A DNA stretch of 64,000 nucleotides. It comes from Lingula anatina. Lineage: Eukaryota > Animalia > Brachiopoda. The DNA lies in contig CM120641.1 of NCBI GenBank assembly GCA_051362555.1, positions 16,616,001 through 16,680,000 on the forward strand. Reading direction: 5' to 3'. Shown piece after piece: positions 13,901 through 26,907 of this stretch. The notes beneath the pieces were generated by a model. The model had not been told where the DNA came from, did not search any database, and worked only from the letters and a program-made list of their open reading frames with translations. The position numbers and the translations under genes were made by a program. How positions within the stretch are numbered: position 1 is the stretch's first letter; each line of letters opens with the position of its first letter.

Positions 13901-16900
13901 TACATGTATATTACACCAAGCTCTATTTTACCTAGTGTGCAGACTAGACTGGCCATCATCACAGACTAGCTACGGTCCGATAACCATCTCGAATGACATA
14001 CAGCATATAATATATAGTGAATACTGACCATATGCACTTCCATCCCTTAGTACAAGATGATTAGGAGAATCTTTGAAATCCACTGCAACTCTGCTAGAAA
14101 CTGCCAAATTCATTGTATTGATATATCCTGTTCAGAAATAATAAATCAAACTGAATGTGTAATTAGCATGTCAAATCTTTTGGGGCTCCCTCCACTTGGA
14201 ATTGTTTGCTAACATGAAGACCATCCACCTCTGCTATGCCATAAAGACTATAAATTCTGTCGAGCAGGCTTGCCTTTTTCACCTACATTAACAAGGTCAC
14301 CACTAGGGGTCTCTGCACATTCACGCAAAATGTGAAATATAAGATCTAAAATCTTCAAGACTAGTTTTCAATGTGATTCAGGTACTTGTAAGCTTGTTTT
14401 TGTACATACTATATTCAAACTTGAGGCTTAGAGAATTTGATAGGGATGGAATCAGACCGCTCCCTATTCAAAAGTCAAACCGGTTTTTTGGCAAGTTTTC
14501 ATGCCACTGGATCGCAATGCTTCTCTAATTTCAACTGTTGTGCCACTGAGTAACAATACTATAAGTATTATTTACCAAGTCAACTTTGCAAACAGTAGTA
14601 CATTTTAAAAATCGGGTAATGTCAAATCAGTACAGCATTCCACTATAATGTAAATAATTAAATGATGCAGCAAAAAAAGAATAAAATAAAAATAATGGGT
14701 TTGAATATCATTTATAATAGTTTTGTCTTGTTGATTTAAAAACACCAATGTGAAAAGTAGTATCAAATATGTACAGAATATTTAAAGCTTTACAGCTAGT
14801 TAAGCTTAACTCAATTCAGCCAACTTCTATGCCTAAAATCTCTTGAAACTGGATTAAACATGTATTTAATTTTTCAAATTTAATATTTATATTCAATATT
14901 CTCAGATTTAAATAAATTTCATTCAAAATAAATAAATAAATAAGTATTTATATGATTAACTTCAACCTTCGGGTTGCAATATTTCAATAGAGATTATTAT
15001 TATTATTATATAAAAAAATATATTGATTTGATATTTGGCTAAGAAGAAAATATATACATGTACCACAGTGAACCTTTTATCGCAACTGTGATGTAACTTA
15101 ACTGCAGTGTGATGGAAATACTAATATGTACAGTGTATGTCAATCTCTGTGTTGAGTCTAATCAACAGCTGCAAGAAAAATACTTTCTAGTAAAAAGATT
15201 CTTTATAGAACTGTAATAATGTTAAACATGCTCTTTCTGTGCCCATTTACGATGATTTGTGAGGTAGTTTAGGCATTAAGTTTGTGTATTGTCTTTTTGT
15301 CTAGATATATTTATCTAATTGTTTCAAATGATTGTACCTTTGTTATCTCTCCCATACACATCTGCTGAATGCAATCTTGTACATTTGATGAAAAAAACAC
15401 AGCTGCAAGCAACTCAGTAATGCATCACAGGTGGGCATCCATTCTGAATCTGCATTGTTACATATACTGGGATTCAGCAGAGGATGTCACGGCATTCAAT
15501 CTGACAAATATCTCTGTACTATCATTCATGTTTATACACAGCCACATGCCATTTCCATCAAGAAACACCTAGTATGAAAACCTAATGTTTTATTGTACAT
15601 GTGTCCCTAAACTGTATGTTAAATACATGCAAACAAATGAAGACACTCACCTGTGTGCAACTAGCAGACTTACTTTTCTTTTAAATGTACATATGCATAA
15701 GAATTCAGACAAGCAATAAATCTCTTTAAACATGGGCCATTTATTTTAGAGGAATTAAAATTCCTATGGTTGCTAGCAAAATGAGACTAAATGCTGTGAA
15801 ACATAAGCATTATATTTTTCACTAGTATTTTTATTTCTACAATTTTTCTAATATTTGATGTTCTGCAGTTTGATCACAAATTACCATTGAAGAAATATTT
15901 GTATTATGCTTTTGAAGTTTCATTTCATATAATTTTCTATGCCATCTGTTTAGAAAGAAAAGTCCATCAAAATAAATAATGCACTTGGTACCTTCAAGAA
16001 ATAAGACCTGCTGACTGAAATAATGTTAAGAAATTCTCAATGAAATGTTGGACTGTATATTCTATCACATCTAAACCTGTTGAGTTGTCATGTTATTTTT
16101 ATGCAATGATATACACAGGAATAAATGAGTGACAGAATGTATCAACTTCACAAACTAGCATAGTCAACTGACAGTAATTCAGTTGAAAACATTGAAATTT
16201 CCATTTTACTACCTACAAGCAAGCCCAGAGATTAGTCTCTATAGTTTAATGATATGACCTTTCAAAGAAGGCACTCAAGTCATCTGTCTAAATATTTATA
16301 CAAAATTACATCTAACATCAAACTTATTGTTCTAAAAGGATGTTTTGGGGTCAAACTCCAGTTCTTTTCACATCACAATTTTCTGTCTAAAATAGTCCTG
16401 TCTGAAAAGATTATTTGGCTTATAAAATTCTTATTACCTGACTCTCTGTCATCATCCAACTCTGTCAAACGCTCAGTCAAATTAGCTACAGCTGTGTTGC
16501 GTTTTCCTTTCTGCAGTACTCCTCTGCGAGACATGTTTGGACTGATGTAGCCTTTGTTTAAATGCTTTACTGTATAAGTCCCTCTGCAAGAGAATTCTCT
16601 TGGTAAATTTTAAAGAACTTTTCTAAAACAAAGTTATGCAGGAAAAATAAACTGACCATTTGGTAGAATTATTTTCAACTGTATACAATTACATGTACAT
16701 AAAATGTGCTTGTTCAAATATGAAAACAAGAAAACTTAACTTACGTTCTTGAATAAGTGTAATCTGTCTTTGGTCTCCTGCAAAAAGAAAAAAAAAGACT
16801 CTAAAGAAAAAGATCATTAAATCTGAAAATCATCAAGCCATTTAGAAAAACTAGAATTTTACCACTTAGAAGTCCACAAAATGGATTAATATTCCATAGG

Positions 16901-17072
16901 AAGACACTCTCCCAACTAAAAACATAATACTTATATATAAAAAAATAAAAAAAACTTCTGTATTAATCTTTGGGCCCACTACTTTGGGTGGGGTCCACGA
17001 ATAATCTCACTTGCCTTTCAAAGTCGTCTTGCTGATATGTAAACTTGGTTGGGGTGCTAACAACTTTACCAT
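5513..17072 (-). CDS. SUN1: SUN-domain inner nuclear membrane protein (SUN1/SUN2-type LINC component)
   Basis: Exons (5' to 3') 17072-17011, 16777-16745, 16583-16438, [14127-14029 possible], 12603-12346, 11527-11492, 11272-10547, 10140-10047, 9825-9749, 9547-9375, 9125-8874, 8663-8586, 8403-8360, 8191-7984, 7696-7472, 7342-7258, 6652-6537, 6273-6106, 5891-5799, 5629-5513, all phase-consistent. N-terminal YTYSRT...SPNMSRR resembles the SUN1 N-terminus. TM segment LPCILLLLFLVPLIIAGLLAL, then coiled coil, then SUN domain ADKTGMPDFALESAGGSVLSTRCSET...PGQCWAFKG...LEHIPK...SAPKDFSVWGL...NHGNKEYTCLYRFRVHG. SUN1 versus SUN2 orthology cannot be resolved. Confidence 0.93.
7880..7940. repeat. (TAAA)n microsatellite
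   Basis: Seen directly in the sequence. Confidence 0.9.
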
Positions 17073-19165
17073 CAACTTCTACAACTGCAACTCTGTTGAA
17101 GAAAAAAAGAACTATTTCATTCTACTTTTAATGCAAAATAATAAAACTCTACACATAAGAAGGAAAGTAAAATGTGAAGCTCAGCTTTAAAGAAGAATGT
17201 TTATTTTTTCACCAACAGGAATATGTTGGTATCACAAAAGGAGTCAGGCATAACACAACATAAAGGCTATTCAAATTCAGCTTTCCTCTGACACAGCAGG
17301 AATAACAACTATTAGTCAATGTTTCAGCTATAATATGCACTGCTATATTGAATGCAGATATTGTGTGTGAATGGTTTTTCGATGCAAACCATTGCTTATG
17401 GTTATAATGACCATTCACTGCATCAATAGTACCAAACAAGGCTAGTCAATTAATCAAATATTTACAATATTTAAATATCACATCTATTGCAGTTATGAGA
17501 ACGAACCACATCTCTTACAGCTAGGGAAACTGATCAAAACATATGAGTAAAATGTCTATTTCATACATATATGTAACTGAACTTCATTGAAGAACTTCTA
17601 TTGATACATATTTTTCTTTCAATAAGTTCACTCAACTGCTTCATTGTGTATTAAATCAAACAGCACTGGAAAACATTCCTTTGAGGAATCTACCACATTT
17701 AGAAGACCCTGGGCTGTTGCCCGACCTCTTTTATTGTACTATTTTAGCAGGAATATTGACCATGCAAATAACACAGTCACTACATGCTAAACTTTTGCCT
17801 TTTACCAGTCCCTGTAAGCTAACAAGGAGAATTTAATACACCATTTTCTATAAAACCCTACAATGGGTTAACATTTTCTACATGTACACATTAATTTGAC
17901 CCTTCATAACATCTTTTACTTTCATTAATACTCAGTTCCTATCATGTAACAAAGAGAAAGAAAATATTCAGTTTCAACTCATCCTTACTCTCTTGATTCT
18001 AATCAGTGAATTTCGTTGGCAACAAGTTGAAAAGGGGGAAAAGAGTGGAAAGAAATTTGTAAAATATTCCTTTCATTAATTTATTTATCATACCTACCTC
18101 TTGGGCATTTAATCTTAATTCACATAGTAATCTTTTATCTCTAAATAAATTTAATTTACCCACTATGATGATAATTAATCAGCATTCATTCCATAATTTA
18201 ACACGTTTTAGCTGACCTAGCTACAGTCATTATGATAATCATCTTTAATTCCCATTAACCACCTATTTGGAGATGTCATGAGATGTCTGAACATTTAAAT
18301 AATGATGAGATGGTCTTCCAACCCCAAACCAATACCCAGAATTGCATACTGCACTATAAGACTGTCATATTCAGCTTGCAGATTCTGACTACAGTAAACT
18401 TGTAGCATACATAAATACATCTGCTCCATCCCCACTTCACAGAGGGCCCTTTCAATAGGAGGTTATTATTATCATTATTATTATATGCATGGAGAACTCC
18501 ACAGGATAAGTGAGAGTTGGGGCCTATATAAGCATAAATGCAAACAATGAATGAATCATGAAATAAAAGGTTTTAAGCGCCAATTTCTACGACCTTTGAC
18601 AGAATGCTAAAAGCGTCTTTATCAACACTATGAGATGGGACAAACACCTACTTGTTAATGGTCTTTAATTGCACCTTTCTGTGCCTGTCATCAGTTAAGG
18701 GATTGTGATCTGTCCCTCCACAGATGAAACAAGGGGCCATGCTCTTCTTTGGTAACTTCATCTTGAGGATCTAAGCTCAAGCTTGATGGTTTCCACTCAC
18801 ACTCTCACTCCATTACTATTATAAGTGACCTAGTTTGGGATCAATATCACCAATGGCTTCCTGCAGGCATCTTATTGGTCAATCTAACTATGGTTAGCCT
18901 AATACATATGCATTAAGGCTGGAGAGTTAGGCATTAACTTCAAATACTGAGCTATGACATTTTTTCTCTTTAATATACCTGCACAAATGAAACAAAATGA
19001 AAATCAGGGGTACCTACAGACTTTTTAAAAGTGTATGAACCAGAATGCTTTTATATGCTTTCTTAACCAAAGAGGAATAATTCAAAATCAAACAGATTAA
19101 TCCACTAACTGTCTTTTCCTGAAAAAAAAAAAAAAAGTTACGTACCAATCATTCATCATTATCAA

Positions 19166-20520
19166 AACAAGGCAGCAAAGCTGTCAAATGTACAGACAAA
19201 AAGCAGGAAATAACTATGCACAAAATAGGCTACTGCCAATTCTGATGCAAAAGTACATAATGTTAAACTGCAAATTCAACATTAAATTTTAACAAGACAG
19301 CACTGTTCTGAAATGGGTTTATTTCCATTTTTAACACTTTTTAAACATAAAACAAAATAAACAGTTTGCTGCCATTTTTATATGATCAACTAAGAAAATT
19401 GAAGAGATTGGAAAAATATCAATAGAACAGTGTTAAATGTCCAATTTCCTCCATTCTGAGATTCTGAACATAGTGGATGATTGAATCTGACAAACTGCAA
19501 TGATATGAGTTTATTTCCATTTTTGACACTTTATTACACAATACACTATAAAAAGTTTACCATCATTTTTACATAATCAACTAACAATGTTGTAAAGATG
19601 CAGGAAATGTCAAACAAACATTTTTACGTATCTTATTAGTTTAATAATGAGACTGTTAACATGCCTAAGAATTGAATCTGAGGAAATGTGAAAAAACAGC
19701 ACACCTTCTAAAATAATGGCACGATTATGCCGATTTACGAACTCAACCTGCATTTTAGTAAAATTGACCCCTCCTGTGACTTTCATGACAATTGGCCCAT
19801 CTGTTTTTCTTCTATTGTGTTTACAGTGTTGCATATATGCTGAAAAATGAAAAAACAGCATAACTAGTAAAATAGTGGCCCGATCATGCCGATTTTCGAA
19901 TTTGATCTGCGTTTTAGTAAGATCGATTACTCCTGTGAGTTTCATGACAACAGGCCTATCAGTTTTCCTTGAAATGTGTTTACAGTGTTGCATATATGCT
20001 GAAAAGTGAAAAAACAGCACAACTTCTACAATAATGGCTCGATCGTGCTGATTTTCGAACTTGACCTGCATTTTATGAATATTCATCAGCTCTGTAAATA
20101 TACAGCCAAAAAGTAAAATTGACTTCCACTTATCGTGTTTACAATGAAAGTGCACGGCACCAGTGACAGTGACGGCGACGTGATTGAATGGATGATTGAA
20201 TCTGACAAACTGCAATGATATGAGTTTATTTCCATTTTTGACACTTTATTACACAATACACTATAAAAAGTTTACCATCATTTTTACATAATCAACTAAC
20301 AATGTTGTAAAGATGCAGGAAATGTCAAACAAACACTTTAATGTATCTTATTAGTAAAATAATGACTGTTAACATGCCTAAGAATTGAATCTGAGGAAAT
20401 GTGAAAAAAGAGCATAACTTCTAAAATAATGGCCCGATTATGCTGATTTTCGAACTCGACCTGCGTTTTAGTAAGATTGACCACTCCTGTGAGTTTAATG
20501 ACAATTGGCCTATCGGTTTT
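19166..20520 (+). mobile_element. Helentron-type non-autonomous element (HINE/pearl-like), 3'-truncated copy plus partial tandem duplicate
   Basis: 5' end AACAAGGCAGCAAAGCTGTCAAATGTACAGACA. Three core repeats with 159-bp period (~19690, 19850, 20010), ending in GACGGC-type repeats at ~20180. Positions 20182-20520 repeat ~19475-19800. Confidence 0.7.
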
Positions 20521-22098
20521 TATGTACAGACACAGATGTGTCTGTACATATTGCCATCACCTGCGTCTGTCGTCGCCGATGCCGATGCCGATGCCGATGC
20601 CGATGGCGATGCCGATGCCGATGCCGTCGCCGTGCACTTTCCTTGTAAACACGATAAGTGGAAGGCAGTTTTACTTTTTGGCTTTATATTTACAGAGCTG
20701 ATGAATATTCATAAAACGCAGGTCAAGTTTGAAAATCAGCATGATCGGGCCATTATTGTAGAAGTTATGCTGTTTTTTCACTTTTCAGCATATATGCAAC
20801 CTTGTAAACACATTTTAAGGAAAACCGTTAGGCCTATTGTCATGAAACTCACAGGAATGGTCAGTCTTACTAAAACGCAGGTTGAGTTCGAAAATCAGCA
20901 TAATCGGGGCATTATTTTAGAAGTTATGCAGTTTTTTCACATTTCTTCAGATTTCCTTAGATTTAATTCTTAGGCATGTTAATAGCCTTATTATTTCAGT
21001 AATAAGATACGTAAAAGTGTTTGTTTGACATTTCCTGCATCTTTACAACATTGTTAGTTCATTATGTAAAAATGATGGTAAACTTGTTATCGTGTATTGT
21101 GTAATAAAGTGTCAAAAATGGAAATAAACTCATATCATTGTAGTTTGTCAGATTCAATCATTCACTATGTTCAGAATCTCAGAATGGAAGAAATTGGACA
21201 ATTAACACTGTTCTATTGATATTTTTCACATCTCATCAATTTTCTTAGTTGATCATATAAAAATGGCAGTAACCTATAAATTTTGTTTTATGTTAAAAAA
21301 GTGTTAAAAATGGAAATAAACCCATTTCAGAACAGTGCAGTCTTGTTTACATTTTGGCATCTTTAAGTCGTGACTTTGAAGTTCCATCGGCCTAAAAACC
21401 TTTGTTAGTCACGTTTACTATTTGTCCATGATACTAGTATTTTATTATAAAAAATTGATGATCATTATGCTGTTAAACATTATGTAATATTGCATCAAAA
21501 TTTGAAAAAAACCTATTTTGGGCACTGCTCCCATGATGACCATTTAAGAAAAACCATGTCATTTACTGTTCTCAAACTTACAGGAAAGAAACATGGGACT
21601 AAAATACAGCTTCAGTAGGAAATACAGTCTGTTTGGTAATTCTTACTGCCAGTTAAACAGTTATTTTGTGAAAATTTAATTTTTCACATATTGGCATTTT
21701 CAAGGTGTGACTTTGAAGTTCCACGGGCTTGAAGACCCATGCTAGTCACATTTTCCCAAAATCCATGATATGTATATTTTATTATTAAAAATTGACGGTC
21801 ATTATGCTGTTAACCATTATGTAATATGGCATCAGAATAGAAGAAAACACAATTTTGGGTGCTGCTGCCATGATGACCATTATGGAAAAACCATGTTACT
21901 TATGATTGCCATGTTACTTATGATTTGGAAAAGCACATTTTACTTACGTTGGTATTACCTGTTGAGCATAATTAAAATTTGATGTTGAATTTGCAGTTTA
22001 ACATAGTGTACTTTTGCATCAGAATTGACAGTAGCCTATTTTGTGCATAGTTTTTTCCTGTCTTTTGTCTGTACATTTGACAGCTTTGCTGCCTTGTT
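20521..22098 (-). mobile_element. Helentron-type non-autonomous element, apparently full length, inverted relative to the previous copy
   Basis: Terminal hairpin TATGTACAGACACAGATGTGTCTGTACATA (20521-20550), (GCCGAT)n microsatellite, core repeats, and an extra internal block of two related ~335-bp-period units (~21355-21900). The 5' end at 22098 is the reverse complement of 19166 onward. Confidence 0.75.
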
Positions 22099-22102
22099 CT
22101 TA

Positions 22103-22532
22103 TATTGTGTTTACAGTGTTGCACATATGCTGAAAAAAAGGAAAAAACAGCATAACTAGTAAAATAGTGGCCCGATCATGCCAATTTTCGAACTTGACCT
22201 GCGTTTTAGTAAGATTGATTACTCTTGTGAGTTTCATGACAACAGGCCTAACAGTTTTCCTTAAAATGTGTTTACAGGGTTGCATATATGCTGAAAAGTG
22301 ATAAAACAGCATAACTTCTACAATAATGGCTCGATCATGCTGATTTTCGAACTTGACCTGCGTTTTATATATATATATTTATCAGCTCTGTAGATATAAA
22401 ACCAAAAAATAAAACTGTGTTCCACTTATCGTGTTAACAGTGAAAGTGCACGGCGACGGCATCGCCATCGGCATCGGCGACGACAGACGCAGGTGATGGC
22501 AATATGTACAGACACATCTGTGTCTGTACATA
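22103..22532 (+). mobile_element. Helentron-type non-autonomous element, 5'-truncated copy
   Basis: Two core repeats, a GGCATC/GACGGC tract and the same terminal hairpin (22503-22532). Confidence 0.75.
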
Positions 22533-24930
22533 ACAAAAAACAAATATTTCAAAATAAAAAATTAAACATTACATATTACAACACATGTCCCAGCTCTACA
22601 ATTGCTACAATATTACTTCATCAATTCTTCTGAGACAAAAGTGAAGCAGTTGTTACATCTCTTATTTTCCAGAAAATGCATATTGAAATATCAGTTCTTT
22701 AGTATATGATATACAAAATGAAGTTGTAATTGTTCATTCCTAATAGTACCTCAGATAAACTGAATCCAACTCTTAATTATTATTTTTTTAAAGAATTGGT
22801 AAGGATATTGAGATTACAGGTGGGAAGCATCCACTAACAGTGCAAAATACCCTAAATTTCAGAGTACACGAGAAACTCACCTCTATCCTCAGCATAACCA
22901 TAACTGTTTTTAGTTAAGAATACACTGATGAGGAACATGTTAGGCACATGCACTGTGTGCTCAGTTTTTTTTAAATACTGATGGACTTTTTTAGATGCAC
23001 TTTCATAGAGTAAAGTGTTTATATATCAATTAGTGGATACTAAACAGATGGACCGGCTGTTGCAGTCAGTACAAATGTTTTATACATAACACATACATTA
23101 ATTGTATACCCCACAAGGTTTATTCAAAGCTCAATAACCATGCATTCAAACCAACAACCTCCTATAACACTTGTCAACATTCAAACTGGCGAGCATTACT
23201 TCTTAATCTATACCACACATACATTTAACAAATAAAGTTTTTCTCTTCATTTACCTGGGTTTTTCCTGCTTACAAAACTGAACATCACAAAGATCCTAGG
23301 AAACACAACAGGGATCAGCTGTTGATCCTGGGAGCCCTGATATATCCCCAACAGTTGTATACATTTGAACCAGCAGTCATCAATGGATCATTCTAAGGAC
23401 TCATGGGTAACTATTGTCCCAATTCCACTACTTGAACTACTATTGGTATTTCACTCCAATCATTACAAAATTGCTCATGCTGTCCAAGGCAAACAGCCTC
23501 CATTATGGATTCTATTGTTGTGTTTATTCATAATTTCAAACGGTTCAGGTTATGTGATGTGCAAAAGCCAAAAGCATTTACCTTGAGTAAACAATACATT
23601 TTGAATACTACTCATAATGTCTATATATACTATAGTTAAATTGAGCAGAAGGAATATTTGAACTAGAGTTGAATTGCAGCAAAATGGAAAAACAAATTGT
23701 GCTTTTGTTCATTATTTATTCATCATATTGATAATAAGCACAGTTTGTTACCAAGTTCGTACCCAGTAAATCAATTTAAGGGTAGAATTAAAGCTTACCA
23801 AACCTTTATTGCAAAACCATAGATATATTAAATTTATGCATACGGCATTGCAGGCTGATCAAAAACCAGTCTGTTATTTCCCCCCTGGCAACATTGCTAA
23901 TGAAATAACCATATTACATGTAATATCAGTATGTGAACCTCCCCTACACACTTGTTTACTTGTTGAGACCACACAATGATATTTGCATTCATACTTTTTA
24001 CATGCAAAAGGATAATATTAATTAAGACAATTAAAAACCTTTATATTTCCTTACATATCATTTCATATCAAAATGGTAAAAAAATGTATTTCAGACCCTT
24101 TTCTTGGTCATCAACAGCATTCAAAAATCTTCAAATGCAACAATTACTGACACCACGTGCTTAGAATCTGATGACTGAAAAAGCAACGGTTATTACCATC
24201 AGCAATGACTAAAATACGTATCCAATATACACCAAGTGCACTCAAAAATTCAACTGAAACCATGTTTCAGTGAAAATGGTGAGCGTTACATTGATTCACA
24301 ATAAGCGTGCACATAAATCACTTGCCTTCAAGCCACACTCAAGATACAGAGACCTGCACGTGCAACCAAATCTCAGTTAAGACCAACGAAATTCTTTTAC
24401 GAAAAAGAATTAAACTGTTTTTCAGTTATACTCAATATCACCAACACCTATTCTCACATACCAGTAGATGTATATGTAATTAGAATCAAAAATAGGTATA
24501 CCAGAATGCAGTAGAGGTGCCTGCAGCAGCAGAGACCCACCTGTGACCAGTCTGCTGAGACAATTCAATTGACAACCAAAAGTTTCTCTCTATATAAGTA
24601 TATGCTGTGTGAAAGAATAGAACATTTGTAATGTAATGCAACAAACCAAATGGAAATTGATCCAGGCAAAGTATTTTTTTAAGCAGCACAAAATACACAT
24701 TTGCTCTAATATGGTTATTTAAAAACTGTGATATTTCCTTTAATTTGGGAGATAATTTCACAATTCCAAAATATAACATCCTGGATAAAAAGAACTTTCA
24801 GAAGATATAACTTGTGTTTATATCCGGCACATTCTGATAAACCTAATTGAAAATCAGAATTTATCCACAATAAAACTGGTCACACCAAACAGCCAAAGAC
24901 ACATACTACTCTAAGTCCACACTGACTCAC

Positions 24931-25260
24931 CCACAGACGGTGGTTGCTTCACTTTACAAGCTTTTCTCTGCTATTTCCCTATGACTAAGGGCTTGAACTG
25001 AGACAAAGGCGGCGGGCGTCAGTGAAACTGACCGAGGATGTCAATCGTCCCGAGTGTATGCGCAAAATATTTCAGATAAGAATCGAATACTAACATAAGG
25101 TAACATAAATGTTCACTGAGGGTTTAGATCATGTAATGGCGCTAATTATGAGTGTCATGTGTTAATTACTTGCTTACCTTCAAATGTCAGTTATCAACTC
25201 AAAATTTCCTCCACTCAACTTTCGTATCTGCCAATAAAAAGAAGGATAGATGGCGCCACG
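24931..25260 (-). promoter_or_regulatory. Probable first non-coding exon(s) and promoter of the SUN gene
   Basis: CpG-richer patch with minus-strand donors G|GTGAGT (~24930) and AG|GTAAGC (~25177). The SUN start-codon exon has an acceptor at ~17093, so upstream UTR exons are required. The assignment is inferred. Confidence 0.4.
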
Positions 25261-25281
25261 CAAGACAGAACAGCCAACAGA

Positions 25282-25318
<37 letters not shown>

Positions 25319-25645
25319 ACGTTAATATATTGACAATTTTATGTTTTCAACAGTTTCGGACAATTTGGAAACTCATTTGGATGTCAATTACAGATAACGT
25401 TAGATCTAGGCCTAACGTGTTAAATTTTAATTTTGGATGACATTTTGGTGATTTAGGCCTACACTGTGTTGAAAATAATACGTAGGGCCTAATTCGTTTT
25501 ATAGAATTATGATGAAAATTTTGTTTGTTATATGACCCTACTATTGCATGTTTCCCAAGATTAAAAAAAAAAAAACTGAGAGGACAATAATGATTGCACT
25601 GTCAGAGTCAGGTAAACTGCGTGCGATTCAATGTGAAACTATGAG

Positions 25646-25926
25646 AGCGTTCCCATAACCCTATCGTACTAGCTGGATCGATCTTACTCCTCGGGGATTC
25701 TCGCTAAATTGCATTCAGTTTAAGCAGCTTAAATGTCTGGTAACTTAAAGTAGACTACTTGTTTAAAGTTGGGAAAACTTTGTGGTTCATGGTGTTGTTA
25801 AATGTTCATGTTGTTTTGCGAAGGGGCGTGCCAGACTATTAAGCTGATTACATTGACTGCGCCTTAGCCAGAACCCCCTCTCAGATAAATCGATCCTGCT
25901 AGTAAGATAAGGTTGAAGAACTATTC
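25646..25926. mobile_element. Degenerate MITE
   Basis: Imperfect terminal inverted repeats GTTCCCATAACCCTATCGTACTAGCTGGATCGAT / ATCGATCCTGCTAGTAAGATAAGGTTGAAGAAC. Confidence 0.5.
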
Positions 25927-26907
25927 TGTTGAAGAACTATAGAAGAGGGCCTTTCACATAAGGGTTATTTAACGCAAAGGCCACAAATCATTTTTTTATG
26001 AGAATCAAGTATAGACCTACTGAGCAAAGACTTTAAAAAAACAAATTCCTTTCCCTTTTTGTCCAGTAGTAGTCCTTAATCCTAAAACTAGGCCTCCAAA
26101 CCAGCATCCTTTCCTCTCTAAAATGCTATCATACTGACGACAAAGACGAATTGGAGCGTTCAATCATTTAATCACTAACTTTTCTTATAAATATAAGAGT
26201 ATTTATACTCTATTTCTCCTTACCGATCTTTACTTGTTTTCATTGCATTGTCTTTTGCGTGTTCACCAGCATTTTCCATTCTTATTACTCATTCCACAAT
26301 ATTTCCATAAAAAGCAATCTCTGTAAGCCTTGTTTTCAACAAAATATTTTTAAATACATCATACTTGGATCGCACCAAGAAGTTGTATGTGACCTCAACA
26401 TTAAAAATTTCACAGGTTTTCCAACCACGAAAACGATTTCCACGCTTGTTGACTCTTCAGAAAATTAAACGTGCCCTCAATAACTCGCTGGGTTTTTACT
26501 TATTTGATTTTATTTGACTTATTACTTGCAATTAGTGAAGGCGTAATGAGCCCTTAACTTAGCACATACACCTTTTATTCAAAAAATTGTCTTCGAATTT
26601 TAAGTGTTTGCAACATCCACTCCCTTTTTATTTTTAAAGCAAAGCGAAATCTTACTAAAGTAAAAATTCGTAAATTACTAAAAATAATCATGTTATCTTG
26701 ATGTCTTAAGACCTACTTTACCTCAGTTGAAAAAAAAAGCAATACTACAGTAAAGTAACTTAGCATGTACCGGGGGCTTATACAAATTAAAATTACGTTT
26801 TATAAAGGTCATTTGTTGATCACAAAGGGCCCAAGTGGCCATCTTAAATTTGCCTATGATTCTTCAATGAAATTTAATTAATAACAAAGTCAATGGCACC
26901 AGAAGCA

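Noticed and set aside
15338-15570. Possible additional SUN exon
   Set aside because: Stops occur in all frames between plausible splice sites.
19610-22312. ORFs of 201, 177, 74 and 70 aa with repeated motifs and poly-AD/MP
   Set aside because: They are translations of the 159-bp core repeats and (GCCGAT)n microsatellite of non-autonomous elements.
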